Shown here: in pieces, positions 46,417 through 55,582 of the stretch
How positions within the stretch are numbered: position 1 is the first letter of the stretch
How the letters are laid out: each line of letters starts with the position of its first letter
Source of the DNA: Patescibacteria group bacterium
GTDB taxonomy: Bacteria; Patescibacteriota; Minisyncoccia; 2-02-FULL-40-12
NCBI GenBank assembly: GCA_038063995.1
Contig: JBBTUA010000007.1
Coordinates: forward strand, 5,219 to 69,218
Reading direction: 5' to 3'
Length of the DNA: 64,000 nt
Notes under the pieces: generated by a model
Database searches by the model: none
The model's input: only the letters and a program-made list of their open reading frames with translations
What the model was told of the DNA's origin: nothing
Made by a program: the position numbers and the translations under genes

Positions 46417-47028
46417 ATGGAAGGATTTGTTTTGATTATTTTTCAAATTCTCGTGGTTCTATTTTCAATCGTCATTCACGAGGTAAGCCATGGACTGATG
46501 GCTCATAGCTTGGGTGATCCGACGGCTAAAAACGCGGGCCGCTTAACTTTGAATCCTCTACCTCACTTGGATATTTTCGGTTCGATCCTTCTCCCTTTTC
46601 TTACTTTTACTTTGGGCGGATTTGTTTTCGGCTACGCCAAGCCCGTGCCTTATAATCCCGTATATCTTTCGGACAGAAAATACGGACCGGCCAAAGTGGG
46701 TGTTAGCGGGCCCGCCTCTAATATAATCATTGCTTTGGTTTTCGGTTTGATTTTGAGATTTATGCCAGTTTTTTTGCAATCAACTATTCTGCCCGAACTT
46801 TTTTCTTTCATTGTTTTGATCAACTTGGTCCTGGCGGTTTTTAATCTTTTGCCGGTGCCGCCGCTTGACGGCCATTGGCTGTTGCTTACTTTTATTCCTG
46901 ACCGTTTTTATAATTTTAAAAGATTTTACCTTCAATACGGTTTAGTTCTTTTTATTTTAGTCTTGCTCTTTGTCTTGCCTTTGATTTTCCCTCTGGTTTT
47001 CAAACTGTTTAGGTCGATAGTGGGGTAG
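46417..47028 (+). CDS. site-2 protease-family (M50) intramembrane zinc metalloprotease
   Basis: HEVSHGLMAH HExxH in a TM helix; polytopic. Confidence 0.7.
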   Translation: MEGFVLIIFQILVVLFSIVIHEVSHGLMAHSLGDPTAKNAGRLTLNPLPHLDIFGSILLPFLTFTLGGFVFGYAKPVPYNPVYLSDRKYGPAKVGVSGPASNIIIALVFGLILRFMPVFLQSTILPELFSFIVLINLVLAVFNLLPVPPLDGHWLLLTFIPDRFYNFKRFYLQYGLVLFILVLLFVLPLIFPLVFKLFRSIVG

Positions 47029-47040
47029 GCTTCTTAACCT

Positions 47041-47068
47041 TGACAAAACCTGTGGATTTGCTATAATA
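47041..47068 (+). promoter_or_regulatory. near-consensus sigma70 promoter at the start of a GC-rich island
   Basis: TTGACA 47041-47046, 16-nt spacer, TATAAT 47063-47068. Confidence 0.55.
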
Positions 47069-47232
47069 CAAATATCAAGCTGAAAAAGCTTAAAACAGCA
47101 CTTTTATATAAGAATTACTTACGAGACTCGCCATAGCCTTGTGGCATTAAGGAAAGCTTTAATACTGAAAGGCTATGGCGGCATTCCGTTGCCTAGTTCA
47201 TCCAAAAGGAGGATGACGCCTTGACTTAGATC

Positions 47233-47391
47233 ATGACCGCATCCGGAATGAGTGACGGACAGATCGAGACCGTGGTTGAACAGCTTCGCGCCGCGATGCG
47301 AAAGCATCGGGAGGAGGTCCAGAAAGACGCCGCCCAGCAAGCGCTCGGCGTGGACAATCTCGGTATGAGGATGTTTGTTGTTTTTCGCTAA
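47233..47391 (+). CDS. small GC-rich ORF (52 aa) upstream of target-like ORF B
   Basis: AAGGAGG RBS about 20 nt upstream; not in ORF track (<60 aa). Confidence 0.3.
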   Translation: MTASGMSDGQIETVVEQLRAAMRKHREEVQKDAAQQALGVDNLGMRMFVVFR

Positions 47392-47403
47392 CTCGCGGAA
47401 ACA

Positions 47404-47841
47404 ATGAACAATCTCATCGTCCGGTACGTGAAGGTGGACCGCACCAAGACCCCGGAGCAGATGCTTGAGGCCACGGGCCGGCGACAGTACACCGACGCAG
47501 ACGTGGTCAAGGCCATGCCGAGGGGCGACGGCGACGAAGGAGAGGTCTTTTTCTTCAAGCTCGACCTCTCAAGCCGCGGCGGCCACATCAGCAATGACGA
47601 CATGGAGAAGGAATACGAACTGCGCGGCCTCAAGCCCGCAGACCCGTACAAGCTCTCTCAGGTCAATGTCGACGACCCGGCCTTTGCCGATGAGCACCCC
47701 AACAGCACCCACTGGAAGGATACCAATGGCAGATGGTGTTTTGCCTTGTTCCACCAGTGGGACGGCAGGCGCCGCGTGCGCGTCTACCGCGGCGCCTATG
47801 GCTGGAACGCCTACTGGTGGTTTGCCGGCCTTCGCAAGTAG
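47404..47841 (+). CDS. GC-rich hypothetical protein B; candidate DGR target paralog
   Basis: 145 aa; Trp-rich C-terminus (WDGRRRVRVYRGAYGWNAYWW) weakly similar to the ORF A C-terminus; shares ggctggaacg with ORF A and aactggaacgg with the TR-like element; 270 nt upstream of the RT N-terminal fragment. Confidence 0.5.
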   Translation: MNNLIVRYVKVDRTKTPEQMLEATGRRQYTDADVVKAMPRGDGDEGEVFFFKLDLSSRGGHISNDDMEKEYELRGLKPADPYKLSQVNVDDPAFADEHPNSTHWKDTNGRWCFALFHQWDGRRRVRVYRGAYGWNAYWWFAGLRK

Positions 47842-48114
47842 TCCTTTGACCTTTGTTCCTTTGGTCTCGTTGGCCTTTGGAATTTGGTCCTTGGAACTCT
47901 TGGCCCGCATCTGCTTACAAGCAGATGCAGGCCTTTTTCTTTAAATATGTTAAAATTTTAAACGGCAATAGGTGAATATGCGGAAGATCACGGTTTTTCG
48001 CTACCGAACCCAGTATCCATAAAACCGAGAGTATCTCCGACTAAGGTTTATGAGATAGAGTAGTTTATGAGAACTTAAAAAATGAAGATACTTGGTGTGG
48101 TAAGCTAGGGTATT

Positions 48115-48465
48115 TTGATACTGAATTCGATACAATCCGGAGAGTATTCAACGGATAGTGGCATGGACGGCTTGCCATACGATTCGCCACGTTCAACCAG
48201 TGGTCTGATAGATAATATTATTTGGCTTCACAATGATTTAAAGAACTTTAAATATAATCACGGCGGCTATAAGGCATTCAAAATCAACGACCCGAAACCG
48301 AGAAATATCCATAAGGCAACAGTCAGAGACAGATTATTGTACCATGCTATTTACCGGGTTCTTTATCCTTTTTTTGATAAGACTTTCATTTTTGATTCTT
48401 TTTCTTGCCGAAACAAAAAAGGAACTCACAGAGCTTTAAATAGATTCAGATTTTTTGCATATTAA
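48115..48465 (+). pseudogene. reverse transcriptase N-terminal fragment (motifs 0-2), DGR-type
   Basis: GGYKAFKINDPKPRNIHKATVRDRLLYHAIYRVL .. FDSFSCRNKKGTHRALNR matches GxYxxxxFxIxDPKxRxI, DR..hhA and SYGFRxGRsxHxAl; ORF stops before motif 3. Confidence 0.7.
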
Positions 48466-48553
48466 GTTAAAATTAAAAATAAAATCCTTCAAAGAATAAT
48501 TATTGCCTAATAAAAATCTTTGTGTTAGTATTTTTCTGCTAAATCGAAAACAT

Positions 48554-48964
48554 ATGCCGACTTTCAGGCAGTTATTGAAAAACCCGAGAAAGATTATAAA
48601 GGCGAAGACAAAATCGCCGGCTTTAGCTTTCGGTTTCAACACAAACAAAAATAAGCCGGTTGATTATTTTTCTCCTTTCAAAAGAGGAGTTTGCGTAAAG
48701 GTAACAACCGTGACTCCCAAAAAGCCGAACTCGGCTTTGCGGAAAATCGCCAGAGTCCGTTTGACCAACGGCCAGGAAGTGACCGCATATATTCCCGGAA
48801 TCGGCCATAATCTTCAGGAGCACTCGGTGGTGATGATAAGAGGCGGTCGGGTCAAGGATCTGCCTGGAGTCAGATACCATATTGTAAGGGGGATGCTGGA
48901 CTCGGCTGGAGTGGAAGGCCGGAAACAGCAAAGAAGCAAATACGGAGCAAAGCGCCCGAAATAA
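48554..48964 (+). CDS. rpsL: 30S ribosomal protein S12
   Basis: MPTFRQLLK .. [10 protein letters not shown]; start set at internal Met. Confidence 0.9.
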   Translation: MPTFRQLLKNPRKIIKAKTKSPALAFGFNTNKNKPVDYFSPFKRGVCVKVTTVTPKKPNSALRKIARVRLTNGQEVTAYIPGIGHNLQEHSVVMIRGGRVKDLPGVRYHIVRGMLDSAGVEGRKQQRSKYGAKRPK

Positions 48965-48988
48965 ATTATCAATTCTATATTCTAATCT

Positions 48989-49456
48989 ATGAGACGAGGA
49001 AACGTTCCGAAAAGAAAAATTGAACCAGACATCAAATACGAAAGCGGTTTAGCCGCCAAATTTGTTAATTATGTAATGAAAGACGGGAATAAAACCATTG
49101 CCCGAAAAATTGTTTACGGGGCTTTGGAAAATTCTGAAAAAAAACTCGGCAAAGGAGCTCTCGAAATTCTCGAACAGGCTATAAGAAATGCCGGGCCGGA
49201 AATGGAACTGCGGTCCCGCCGTATCGGAGGCGCCAATTACCAGATTCCTTATCCGGTCAAGCCGGAAAGAAGAATTACTTTGGCCTTGCGCTGGATAATT
49301 GAAGCGGCCAGAGCGAAAAGCGGGCAGTCAATGATAGAAAAATTAACCCAGGAGTTAGCCGATGCTTATTCTAACACCGGAGCGGCGGTTAAGAAAAAGA
49401 TGGATACTCACAGAATGGCTGAAGCAAATAAGGCATTCGCCCATTTTGCCTGGTAG
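48989..49456 (+). CDS. rpsG: 30S ribosomal protein S7
   Basis: MRRGNVPKRKIEPD... Confidence 0.9.
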   Translation: MRRGNVPKRKIEPDIKYESGLAAKFVNYVMKDGNKTIARKIVYGALENSEKKLGKGALEILEQAIRNAGPEMELRSRRIGGANYQIPYPVKPERRITLALRWIIEAARAKSGQSMIEKLTQELADAYSNTGAAVKKKMDTHRMAEANKAFAHFAW

Positions 49457-49460
49457 CAGA

Positions 49461-49497
49461 AAGAATATAGAACAAAGAATATAGAACATAGAACGAG
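49461..49497. repeat. AGAATATAGAA-family repeat, left arm flanking the four-helix-bundle gene
   Basis: AAGAATATAGAACAAAGAATATAGAACATAGAAC. Confidence 0.65.
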
Positions 49498-49498
49498 A

Positions 49499-49846
49499 AT
49501 GACCAACACTTTTAAAGATTTGATAGTTTGGCAAAAGTCTAAACAACTAGCCGTAGAAATCTATAAACTAACAGAAAAGTTCCCCAAGTCAGAATTGTAT
49601 GGTTTAGTAAGTCAGATGCGCCGAGCGGCAATTTCAATTTCATCAAATATAGCCGAAGGCTATAAAAGGTTTCATAGTAAAGAGAAAAAGCAATTGTTTT
49701 CAGTTGCTTCTGGCTCCGGGACTGAATTAGAAAGTCAAATAGAGATAACTAAGGAATTATTCCCAGAAATAGATTTTTCAAAATCTATTTTACTTTTAGA
49801 AGAAATAATGAAAATATTAAACAACTTTGTTAAAAAGTTGTCTTAG
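49499..49846 (+). CDS. four-helix-bundle protein of the 23S rRNA intervening-sequence / Avd family
   Basis: DLIVWQKSKQLAVEIYKLTEKFPKSELYGLVSQMRRAAISISSNIAEG family signature (the family that includes DGR Avd); flanked by inverted AGAATATAGAA repeats; inserted between rpsG and fusA. Confidence 0.75.
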   Translation: MTNTFKDLIVWQKSKQLAVEIYKLTEKFPKSELYGLVSQMRRAAISISSNIAEGYKRFHSKEKKQLFSVASGSGTELESQIEITKELFPEIDFSKSILLLEEIMKILNNFVKKLS

Positions 49847-49850
49847 TTTT

Positions 49851-49886
49851 GAATTCTATATTCTAAGTTCTATATTCTAAATTCTA
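49851..49886. repeat. AGAATATAGAA-family repeat, right arm in inverted orientation
   Basis: GAATTCTATATTCTAAGTTCTATATTCTAAATTCTAT; reverse complement matches the left arm. Confidence 0.65.
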
Positions 49887-52003
49887 TGCCGCGTGATTAT
49901 CCCATTGAGAAAACAAGAAACATTGGCATCATTGCTCATATAGACGCCGGCAAAACAACCGTAAGCGAGCGCATTTTATTTTACACCGGCGTTTCCCACA
50001 AAATCGGAGAAGTTCACGAAGGGGAAGCGATAATGGACTGGATGGAGCAGGAACGGGAGAGAGGCATCACTATCACCGCCGCCGCGACAACGGTTTTTTG
50101 GATTCCCACATATTTAAGAGAAATCCAAAACAGAAAAGAATTTGAATACAAGATAAACATAATTGATACTCCGGGGCACGTTGATTTTACCGTTGAAGTC
50201 GAACGTTCCCTTAGAGTTTTAGACGGAGCAGTAGTTGTTTTTGACGGAGTCGCCGGAGTCGAACCCCAGTCAGAAACCGTTTGGCGTCAGGCTGATAAAT
50301 ATAAAGTTCCCAGAATTTGTTTCGTAAATAAGCTAGATAGGCTTGGCGCTTCGTTTGAACGTTCTTTTCAGTCAATTTTGGCAAGGCTTACCCCAAATGC
50401 GGTAAGGGTGCAGATTCCTGATGGTGAGGAAGACAAATTCACCGGCGTAGCCGATCTTTTGAAAATGAAATTTTACCGTTTTGAGGGCAAGTTCGGCGAG
50501 TCAACCGTTGAAAGTGAAATTCCAGATAATCTGAAAGAAGCAGCCCAGAAATACCATCACGAACTGATTGAAAAAATAGCCGAAAACGACGACGAGCTCA
50601 CGGAACTGTTTTTGGAAGGCAAAGAAATTCCTTTGGAAAGATTAATTGCCTCTTTAAGAAAGTCAGTTTTAAATTATAAATTGGTTCCGGTTTACTGCGG
50701 TTCGGCTTTAAAAAACAAAGGGGTCCAACTGGTTTTGGACGCCGTGATTGATTATCTGCCATCTCCGATCGAGGTTCCGCCGGTCAAAGGGGTTAACCCG
50801 AAAACCGGAGAGGCCGAAGAAAGGCATCCAAAAGACGAGGAGCCCTTTACTGCCTTGGCTTTTAAAGTAGCTACTGATCCTTATGTCGGTCAGCTTACCT
50901 TTTTCCGCGTTTATTCAGGAATTTTAAAAGCCGGTTCTTATGTTTTGAATGTAACCAAAAACGAAAAAGAAAGAATCGGCCGGATTTTGCGGATGCATGC
51001 CAATGAAAGACAGGAATTGTCCGAAGTTTATGCCGGCAACATCGCGGCCACGGTCGGTTTGAAATCCACCCGGACCGGCGATACGCTTGCCGATCCCGGT
51101 TGGCCGGTTATTTTGGAGGAAATAGTTTTTCCGGAGCCGGTCATATCTTTAAGAATCGAACCCAAGACAAAAGCTGACCAGGAAAAAATGTCTCTGGCTT
51201 TAAAACGTTTGTCTGATGAAGATCCGACTTTCAGAATCAGGAGCGACAGCGAAACAGGCGATACAGTCATTTCAGGAATGGGCGAATTGCATCTTGAAAT
51301 CATTGTTGACCGGATGAAAAGGGAATTTGGAGTCGTGGCTAATATCGGCCGGCCTCAAGTTGCTTACAAAGAAACAATCCAAGGTTCAACAGAAGTTGAG
51401 GGAAAATATATACGCCAGTCGGGTGGAAGAGGTCAATACGGCCATGTTTGGCTGCGCCTTGAACCACTTGAGCAAGGTAAGGGTTTTGAGTTTGTGGATG
51501 CTATAAAAGGAGGGACGATTCCGGATGAATTTATTCCAGCCATTGAAAAAGGAATTATGGAGGCTAAGGAGAAAGGAGTTTTAGCCGGTTATCCGATGAC
51601 TGATTTTAAAGCGACAGTGTATGACGGTTCTTTTCATGAGGTTGATTCTTCGGAGATTGCTTTTAAAATCGCTGCTTCTTCGGCTTTTCAAGATGGGGCC
51701 AAGCGCTCGAAACCAGTTATCCTCGAACCGATTATGAAATTGGAAGTCATAGTTCCGGAAAAGTTTATGGGCGAAACAACCGGAGATCTTTCAAGCCGCC
51801 GGGGCCAGATTCTGAATATTTCAGATCGCGAGAACTTGAATCTTAAAGTAATTGATGCTAAAGTTCCTCTTGGCGAAATGTTCGGTTATGCCACAGTTTT
51901 GCGTTCGCTTACCGAAGGCAGAGGCACATTTACTATGGAATTTTCAAACTATGAAGTGGTGCCGCAAAACGTGGCTGATCAAATTGCCGCCGGCAAAAAA
52001 TGA
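49886..52003 (+). CDS. fusA: elongation factor G
   Basis: [10 protein letters not shown]1 motif; EF-G domains II-V. Confidence 0.9.
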   Translation: MPRDYPIEKTRNIGIIAHIDAGKTTVSERILFYTGVSHKIGEVHEGEAIMDWMEQERERGITITAAATTVFWIPTYLREIQNRKEFEYKINIIDTPGHVDFTVEVERSLRVLDGAVVVFDGVAGVEPQSETVWRQADKYKVPRICFVNKLDRLGASFERSFQSILARLTPNAVRVQIPDGEEDKFTGVADLLKMKFYRFEGKFGESTVESEIPDNLKEAAQKYHHELIEKIAENDDELTELFLEGKEIPLERLIASLRKSVLNYKLVPVYCGSALKNKGVQLVLDAVIDYLPSPIEVPPVKGVNPKTGEAEERHPKDEEPFTALAFKVATDPYVGQLTFFRVYSGILKAGSYVLNVTKNEKERIGRILRMHANERQELSEVYAGNIAATVGLKSTRTGDTLADPGWPVILEEIVFPEPVISLRIEPKTKADQEKMSLALKRLSDEDPTFRIRSDSETGDTVISGMGELHLEIIVDRMKREFGVVANIGRPQVAYKETIQGSTEVEGKYIRQSGGRGQYGHVWLRLEPLEQGKGFEFVDAIKGGTIPDEFIPAIEKGIMEAKEKGVLAGYPMTDFKATVYDGSFHEVDSSEIAFKIAASSAFQDGAKRSKPVILEPIMKLEVIVPEKFMGETTGDLSSRRGQILNISDRENLNLKVIDAKVPLGEMFGYATVLRSLTEGRGTFTMEFSNYEVVPQNVADQIAAGKK

Positions 52004-52248
52004 ATGACGAAATAAAAAATTTGGTTTCCAAACTTGGAGCCTTAGCCATATTAGAAGAAGGCGAGCCGAAGTTTGTGATTCTGTCTTACGAAAAGGCCAA
52101 AAGCCTAATTATCCACAAAAACATTGACAATTCCGTATATTCTGATAAAGATAGTAGTGAAGAGATAGATAGATTGAATAGGGAGATTCTTATCTTGAAA
52201 GAAGAAGTGGCCCAAAAGGAAAGGGAATTATCAGTAGGTAATTTATAG
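52000..52248 (+). CDS. hypothetical small protein between fusA and tuf (weak Phd/YefM-like N-terminus)
   Basis: 82 aa; [18 protein letters not shown] then coiled-coil; ATGA-overlapped with fusA. Confidence 0.35.
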   Translation: MNDEIKNLVSKLGALAILEEGEPKFVILSYEKAKSLIIHKNIDNSVYSDKDSSEEIDRLNREILILKEEVAQKERELSVGNL

Positions 52249-52328
52249 GCAAAATATGATAACTTCGGAAAAGCTATTTTTTTTCGCTCATCAGAAGTTA
52301 TAAAATTTTCCTAAAATTTTTAAAGAAT

Positions 52329-53534
52329 ATGGCCGAAAAATTTGAAAGAGGCAAGATTCACGTCAACATCGGAACAATAGGTCACGTTGACCATGGCAAG
52401 ACCACATTAACTGCGGCAATGCTTCATGTTGCCGGAGAATTGCTTAATGATGAAGGCTATAAAGCCAGGGTTGAGAAAGTTGATCAAATCGACAAGGCTC
52501 CCGAGGAAAAAGCTAGAGGAATTACCATTGCTTTGCACCATTCGGAATTAGAAACTCCTAAAAGGCATTATGCTCATGTCGATGCTCCCGGACACGCCGA
52601 CTACATTAAGAATATGATCACCGGCGCGGCCCAGATGGACGGAGCCGTTTTGGTTGTTTCGGCGCCCGACGGTGCCATGCCTCAAACTAGAGAGCATATA
52701 TTGCTGGCCCGTCAGGTTGGGGTGCCTTCAATAATCGTCTTTTTGAATAAAATAGACCAGGTTCAGGATCCTGAATTGATTGATCTGGTTGAAACCGAAA
52801 TCAGAGAGCTTTTGAACAAGTATCAATATCCCGGCGACACTACGCCGGTGATCCGCGGTTCAGGATTAAAGGCTTTGGAAGCCAAGTCAAAAGATGACCC
52901 GGCGGTAGCTCCGATTCGGGAACTTTTAAAAACCATAGACGAATACATTCCTGATCCGGTCAGAGATACCGAAAAGCCTTCTCTTATGCCCATTGAAGAC
53001 GTCTTTTCAATCGAAGGGCGAGGCACCGTGGTAACGGGAAAAGTAGAAAGAGGCAGAATAAAACTTAACGAAGAAATTGAAATTGTCGGAATAAGGCCTA
53101 CCCAAAAAACCATAGTCACTGGGGTAGAAATGTTTAACAAACAGTTGGATGAAACCATCGCCGGAGATAATGTCGGTTTGCTTTTGAGGGGAGTAAAGAA
53201 AGAAGATGTTTCGCGCGGGCAGGTAATTGCCAAGCCCGGCTCAATTACTCCTCATACCGAATTCGAGGCTGAAATTTATATTTTGACGAAAGAAGAGGGC
53301 GGACGCCATACCCCGTTCTTTGCCGGTTATAAGCCGCAATTTTATGTCAGAACAACTGATGTCACCGGCGAAGTAATTCTTCCTGAAGGAACCGAAATGG
53401 TAATGCCCGGCGACACCGTGAATTTGAAAATTAAATTAATTGCTCCAATCGCCTTGGAAGAAAAGATGAGATTTGCCATCAGAGAAGGAGGCAAGACAGT
53501 CGGTGCAGGAGTGGTGACAAAAATAAGTAAATGA
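52329..53534 (+). CDS. tuf: elongation factor Tu
   Basis: [13 protein letters not shown]; full-length EF-Tu. Confidence 0.95.
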   Translation: MAEKFERGKIHVNIGTIGHVDHGKTTLTAAMLHVAGELLNDEGYKARVEKVDQIDKAPEEKARGITIALHHSELETPKRHYAHVDAPGHADYIKNMITGAAQMDGAVLVVSAPDGAMPQTREHILLARQVGVPSIIVFLNKIDQVQDPELIDLVETEIRELLNKYQYPGDTTPVIRGSGLKALEAKSKDDPAVAPIRELLKTIDEYIPDPVRDTEKPSLMPIEDVFSIEGRGTVVTGKVERGRIKLNEEIEIVGIRPTQKTIVTGVEMFNKQLDETIAGDNVGLLLRGVKKEDVSRGQVIAKPGSITPHTEFEAEIYILTKEEGGRHTPFFAGYKPQFYVRTTDVTGEVILPEGTEMVMPGDTVNLKIKLIAPIALEEKMRFAIREGGKTVGAGVVTKISK

Positions 53535-53578
53535 TAGGACTTACTCTCTAGCGGGTAAGTCCTTTTGGTTCCTTAACT

Positions 53579-53923
53579 ATGACTTCGAGTCCGGCAAAGA
53601 AGAAAGAAGAAGGAAAAAATGAACAGCGGATAAGGATTCGTTTGAAAGCTTTTGATAGCCGCATTATTGACCGGTCAGTCAAGCAGATCATGGAGACTTT
53701 GGAAAAAATGGATGTTCAGGTCATCGGGCCGGTGCCGTTGCCCACCGAAATATCAAAATTCACGGTTAATCGATCAACCTTTGTCCATAAAGACAGCCGT
53801 GAGCAGTTTGAAATGAGGATTCACAAAAGGCTGATTGAGATTCAAAACCCCACGCCGAAAATAATCGATGCTTTGATAAATTTAAGTCTGCCAGCGGGAG
53901 TAGATATTGAAATCAAGATGTAA
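53579..53923 (+). CDS. rpsJ: 30S ribosomal protein S10
   Basis: [11 protein letters not shown] core, with a short Lys-rich N-terminal extension. Confidence 0.9.
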   Translation: MTSSPAKKKEEGKNEQRIRIRLKAFDSRIIDRSVKQIMETLEKMDVQVIGPVPLPTEISKFTVNRSTFVHKDSREQFEMRIHKRLIEIQNPTPKIIDALINLSLPAGVDIEIKM

Positions 53924-53951
53924 ATTGATTTCAATATCTGTTCCTGAAATA

Positions 53952-54091
53952 TATATGGATAGGAATCCATATATTTACGGCATTCGATTGTAATAAGTAA
54001 TTACTTATTACAATCTCTTTTGTAAATATGAACAGATTTTATAAAATTTAATTTTTTTTAGCGATTTTAGCGAGCCCCGCTAAGCGGGGCT
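53952..54091 (+). promoter_or_regulatory. structured rpsJ-rplC intergenic region with three hairpins/palindromes
   Basis: TATATGGAT agga ATCCATATA (53952-53973); perfect 28-bp palindrome ATTGTAATAAGTAA/TTACTTATTACAAT (53987-54014); GCCCCGC taa GCGGGGC then TTTAATTT (54069-54098). Confidence 0.5.
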
Positions 54092-54100
54092 TTAATTTAT

Positions 54101-54538
54101 ATGGCAACAGTTCAAGGCAAGAAAATAGGAATGACCCAATTTTTTAGAGAGGATGAAGCAGTCCCGGTCACTTTAATAGAAGCTGATTTTGGAGAAGAGC
54201 TTGAAATAAAAGAGGGCGACAAAGTTAAGGTGAGGGGAATTTCAAAAGGAAAGGGTTTTCAGGGAGTGGTAAAGAGGCACGGTTTTTCGGGTTTGCCGGG
54301 AAGCCACGGCCATAAAGGAATGGAAAGAGCGCCCGGTTCGATTGGCCAGAGATTCCCCCAGCATACTTTAAAAGGAATGAGAATGGCCGGCCATATGGGC
54401 GCGGCTAATATAACCGTCAGAAATCTTGAAGTGGTTAAGATAGATAAAGAAATCAAAGTCATAGCTTTAAAAGGAGCGGTGCCCGGAAGAAGAGGGACAA
54501 TGCTGGAAATTTCTAATTATGCAAATAAACTTATTTAA
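54101..54538 (+). CDS. rplC: 50S ribosomal protein L3 (short form)
   Basis: MATVQGKKIGMTQFF. Confidence 0.8.
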   Translation: MATVQGKKIGMTQFFREDEAVPVTLIEADFGEELEIKEGDKVKVRGISKGKGFQGVVKRHGFSGLPGSHGHKGMERAPGSIGQRFPQHTLKGMRMAGHMGAANITVRNLEVVKIDKEIKVIALKGAVPGRRGTMLEISNYANKLI

Positions 54539-55184
54539 TCAAAATGCAGAAATAATCGGAAAAGTGGAATTGAATGACTCGATTTTCGGCGTTGAAATGA
54601 ATCCTGATTTGATGCATCAGGTTATTGTCGCTCAGGCAGCCAATTCAAGGTCTATTTTAGCCCATGCAAAAGGAAGAAGCGAAGTAAGGGGCGGCGGCAA
54701 AAAACCTTGGCGCCAGAAAGGAACCGGCCGGGCAAGACACGGTTCGATCCGCTCTCCGATTTGGAAAGGAGGAGGCGTGACTCATGGGCCTTTGAAAGAA
54801 AAAGTTTATTCCCAAAAAATAAATAAAAAAGCAAAACAGAAAGCTTTGTTTATGGCTTTGAGCTCGAAAGTAAAAGACGGTCAAGTCGCTGTTATTGATT
54901 CGGTTTTGCTGGACGAAGCCAAGACTAAAAAAATGAAAGAGATTTTCGATAAAGTTTCCAATATTCTGGAGGGCTACAAGAAAAATAAAAAAAATCAGGA
55001 TTCGATTTTACTGGTTCAACCCTCTTCGGACAAAAAAATTTTCCGGGCCGTCAGGAATCTGGTTTTTGCCAAAGCGGTCCGGGCTGATAATTTGAATATT
55101 TCGGAAATTTTGGAAAAAAAATATTTAGTTTTGCTTAAAGATGCAATTCCGGTAATTGAAAAAACATATCTTAAAAATATTTAA
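54519..55184 (+). CDS. rplD: 50S ribosomal protein L4
   Basis: GGGKKPWRQKGTGRARHGS. Confidence 0.9.
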   Translation: MQINLFNQNAEIIGKVELNDSIFGVEMNPDLMHQVIVAQAANSRSILAHAKGRSEVRGGGKKPWRQKGTGRARHGSIRSPIWKGGGVTHGPLKEKVYSQKINKKAKQKALFMALSSKVKDGQVAVIDSVLLDEAKTKKMKEIFDKVSNILEGYKKNKKNQDSILLVQPSSDKKIFRAVRNLVFAKAVRADNLNISEILEKKYLVLLKDAIPVIEKTYLKNI

Positions 55185-55203
55185 ATTTTTAAATATATTC
55201 CAT

Positions 55204-55578
55204 ATGGCTTTATTTAAAAAAACAAAAAAAGATGAAAAAGTTGAATCAAAAGAAAAAACTACTGAAAAAAAAGTGGCGGATTTGCCTGAAGACAAAGACC
55301 CTAAGCTTTATGAGGTTATAAAAAAACCGATAGTGACCGAAAAGGCAGTCAATTCTTCGGGGAGCGGCAAGTATGTTTTTATGGTTTCTAAAAAAGCAAA
55401 TAAAACCGAAGTGGGTAAGGCCATTGAAAGGCTTTACGATGTCAAAGTAAGAGCTGTAAATATATCCAATGTCACCGGCAAAAAAAGACAGCTCGGCCGT
55501 TTTGAGGGATGGAAGCCTGGTTTTAAAAAAGCGGTCGTTGCTTTAGAAAAAGGATTTTCAATAGATATTCATACATAA
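55204..55578 (+). CDS. rplW: 50S ribosomal protein L23
   Basis: start at internal Met following the TTTAAATAT..CATATG motif; Lys-rich N-terminal extension. Confidence 0.8.
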   Translation: MALFKKTKKDEKVESKEKTTEKKVADLPEDKDPKLYEVIKKPIVTEKAVNSSGSGKYVFMVSKKANKTEVGKAIERLYDVKVRAVNISNVTGKKRQLGRFEGWKPGFKKAVVALEKGFSIDIHT

Positions 55579-55582
55579 TTCA

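Noticed and set aside
49457-49886. Possible CRISPR array formed by AGAATATAGAA repeats
   Set aside because: The units are only 5-11 nt, irregularly spaced, without unique spacers of uniform length, and there are no cas genes. They behave as dispersed palindromic repeats, not as a CRISPR array.
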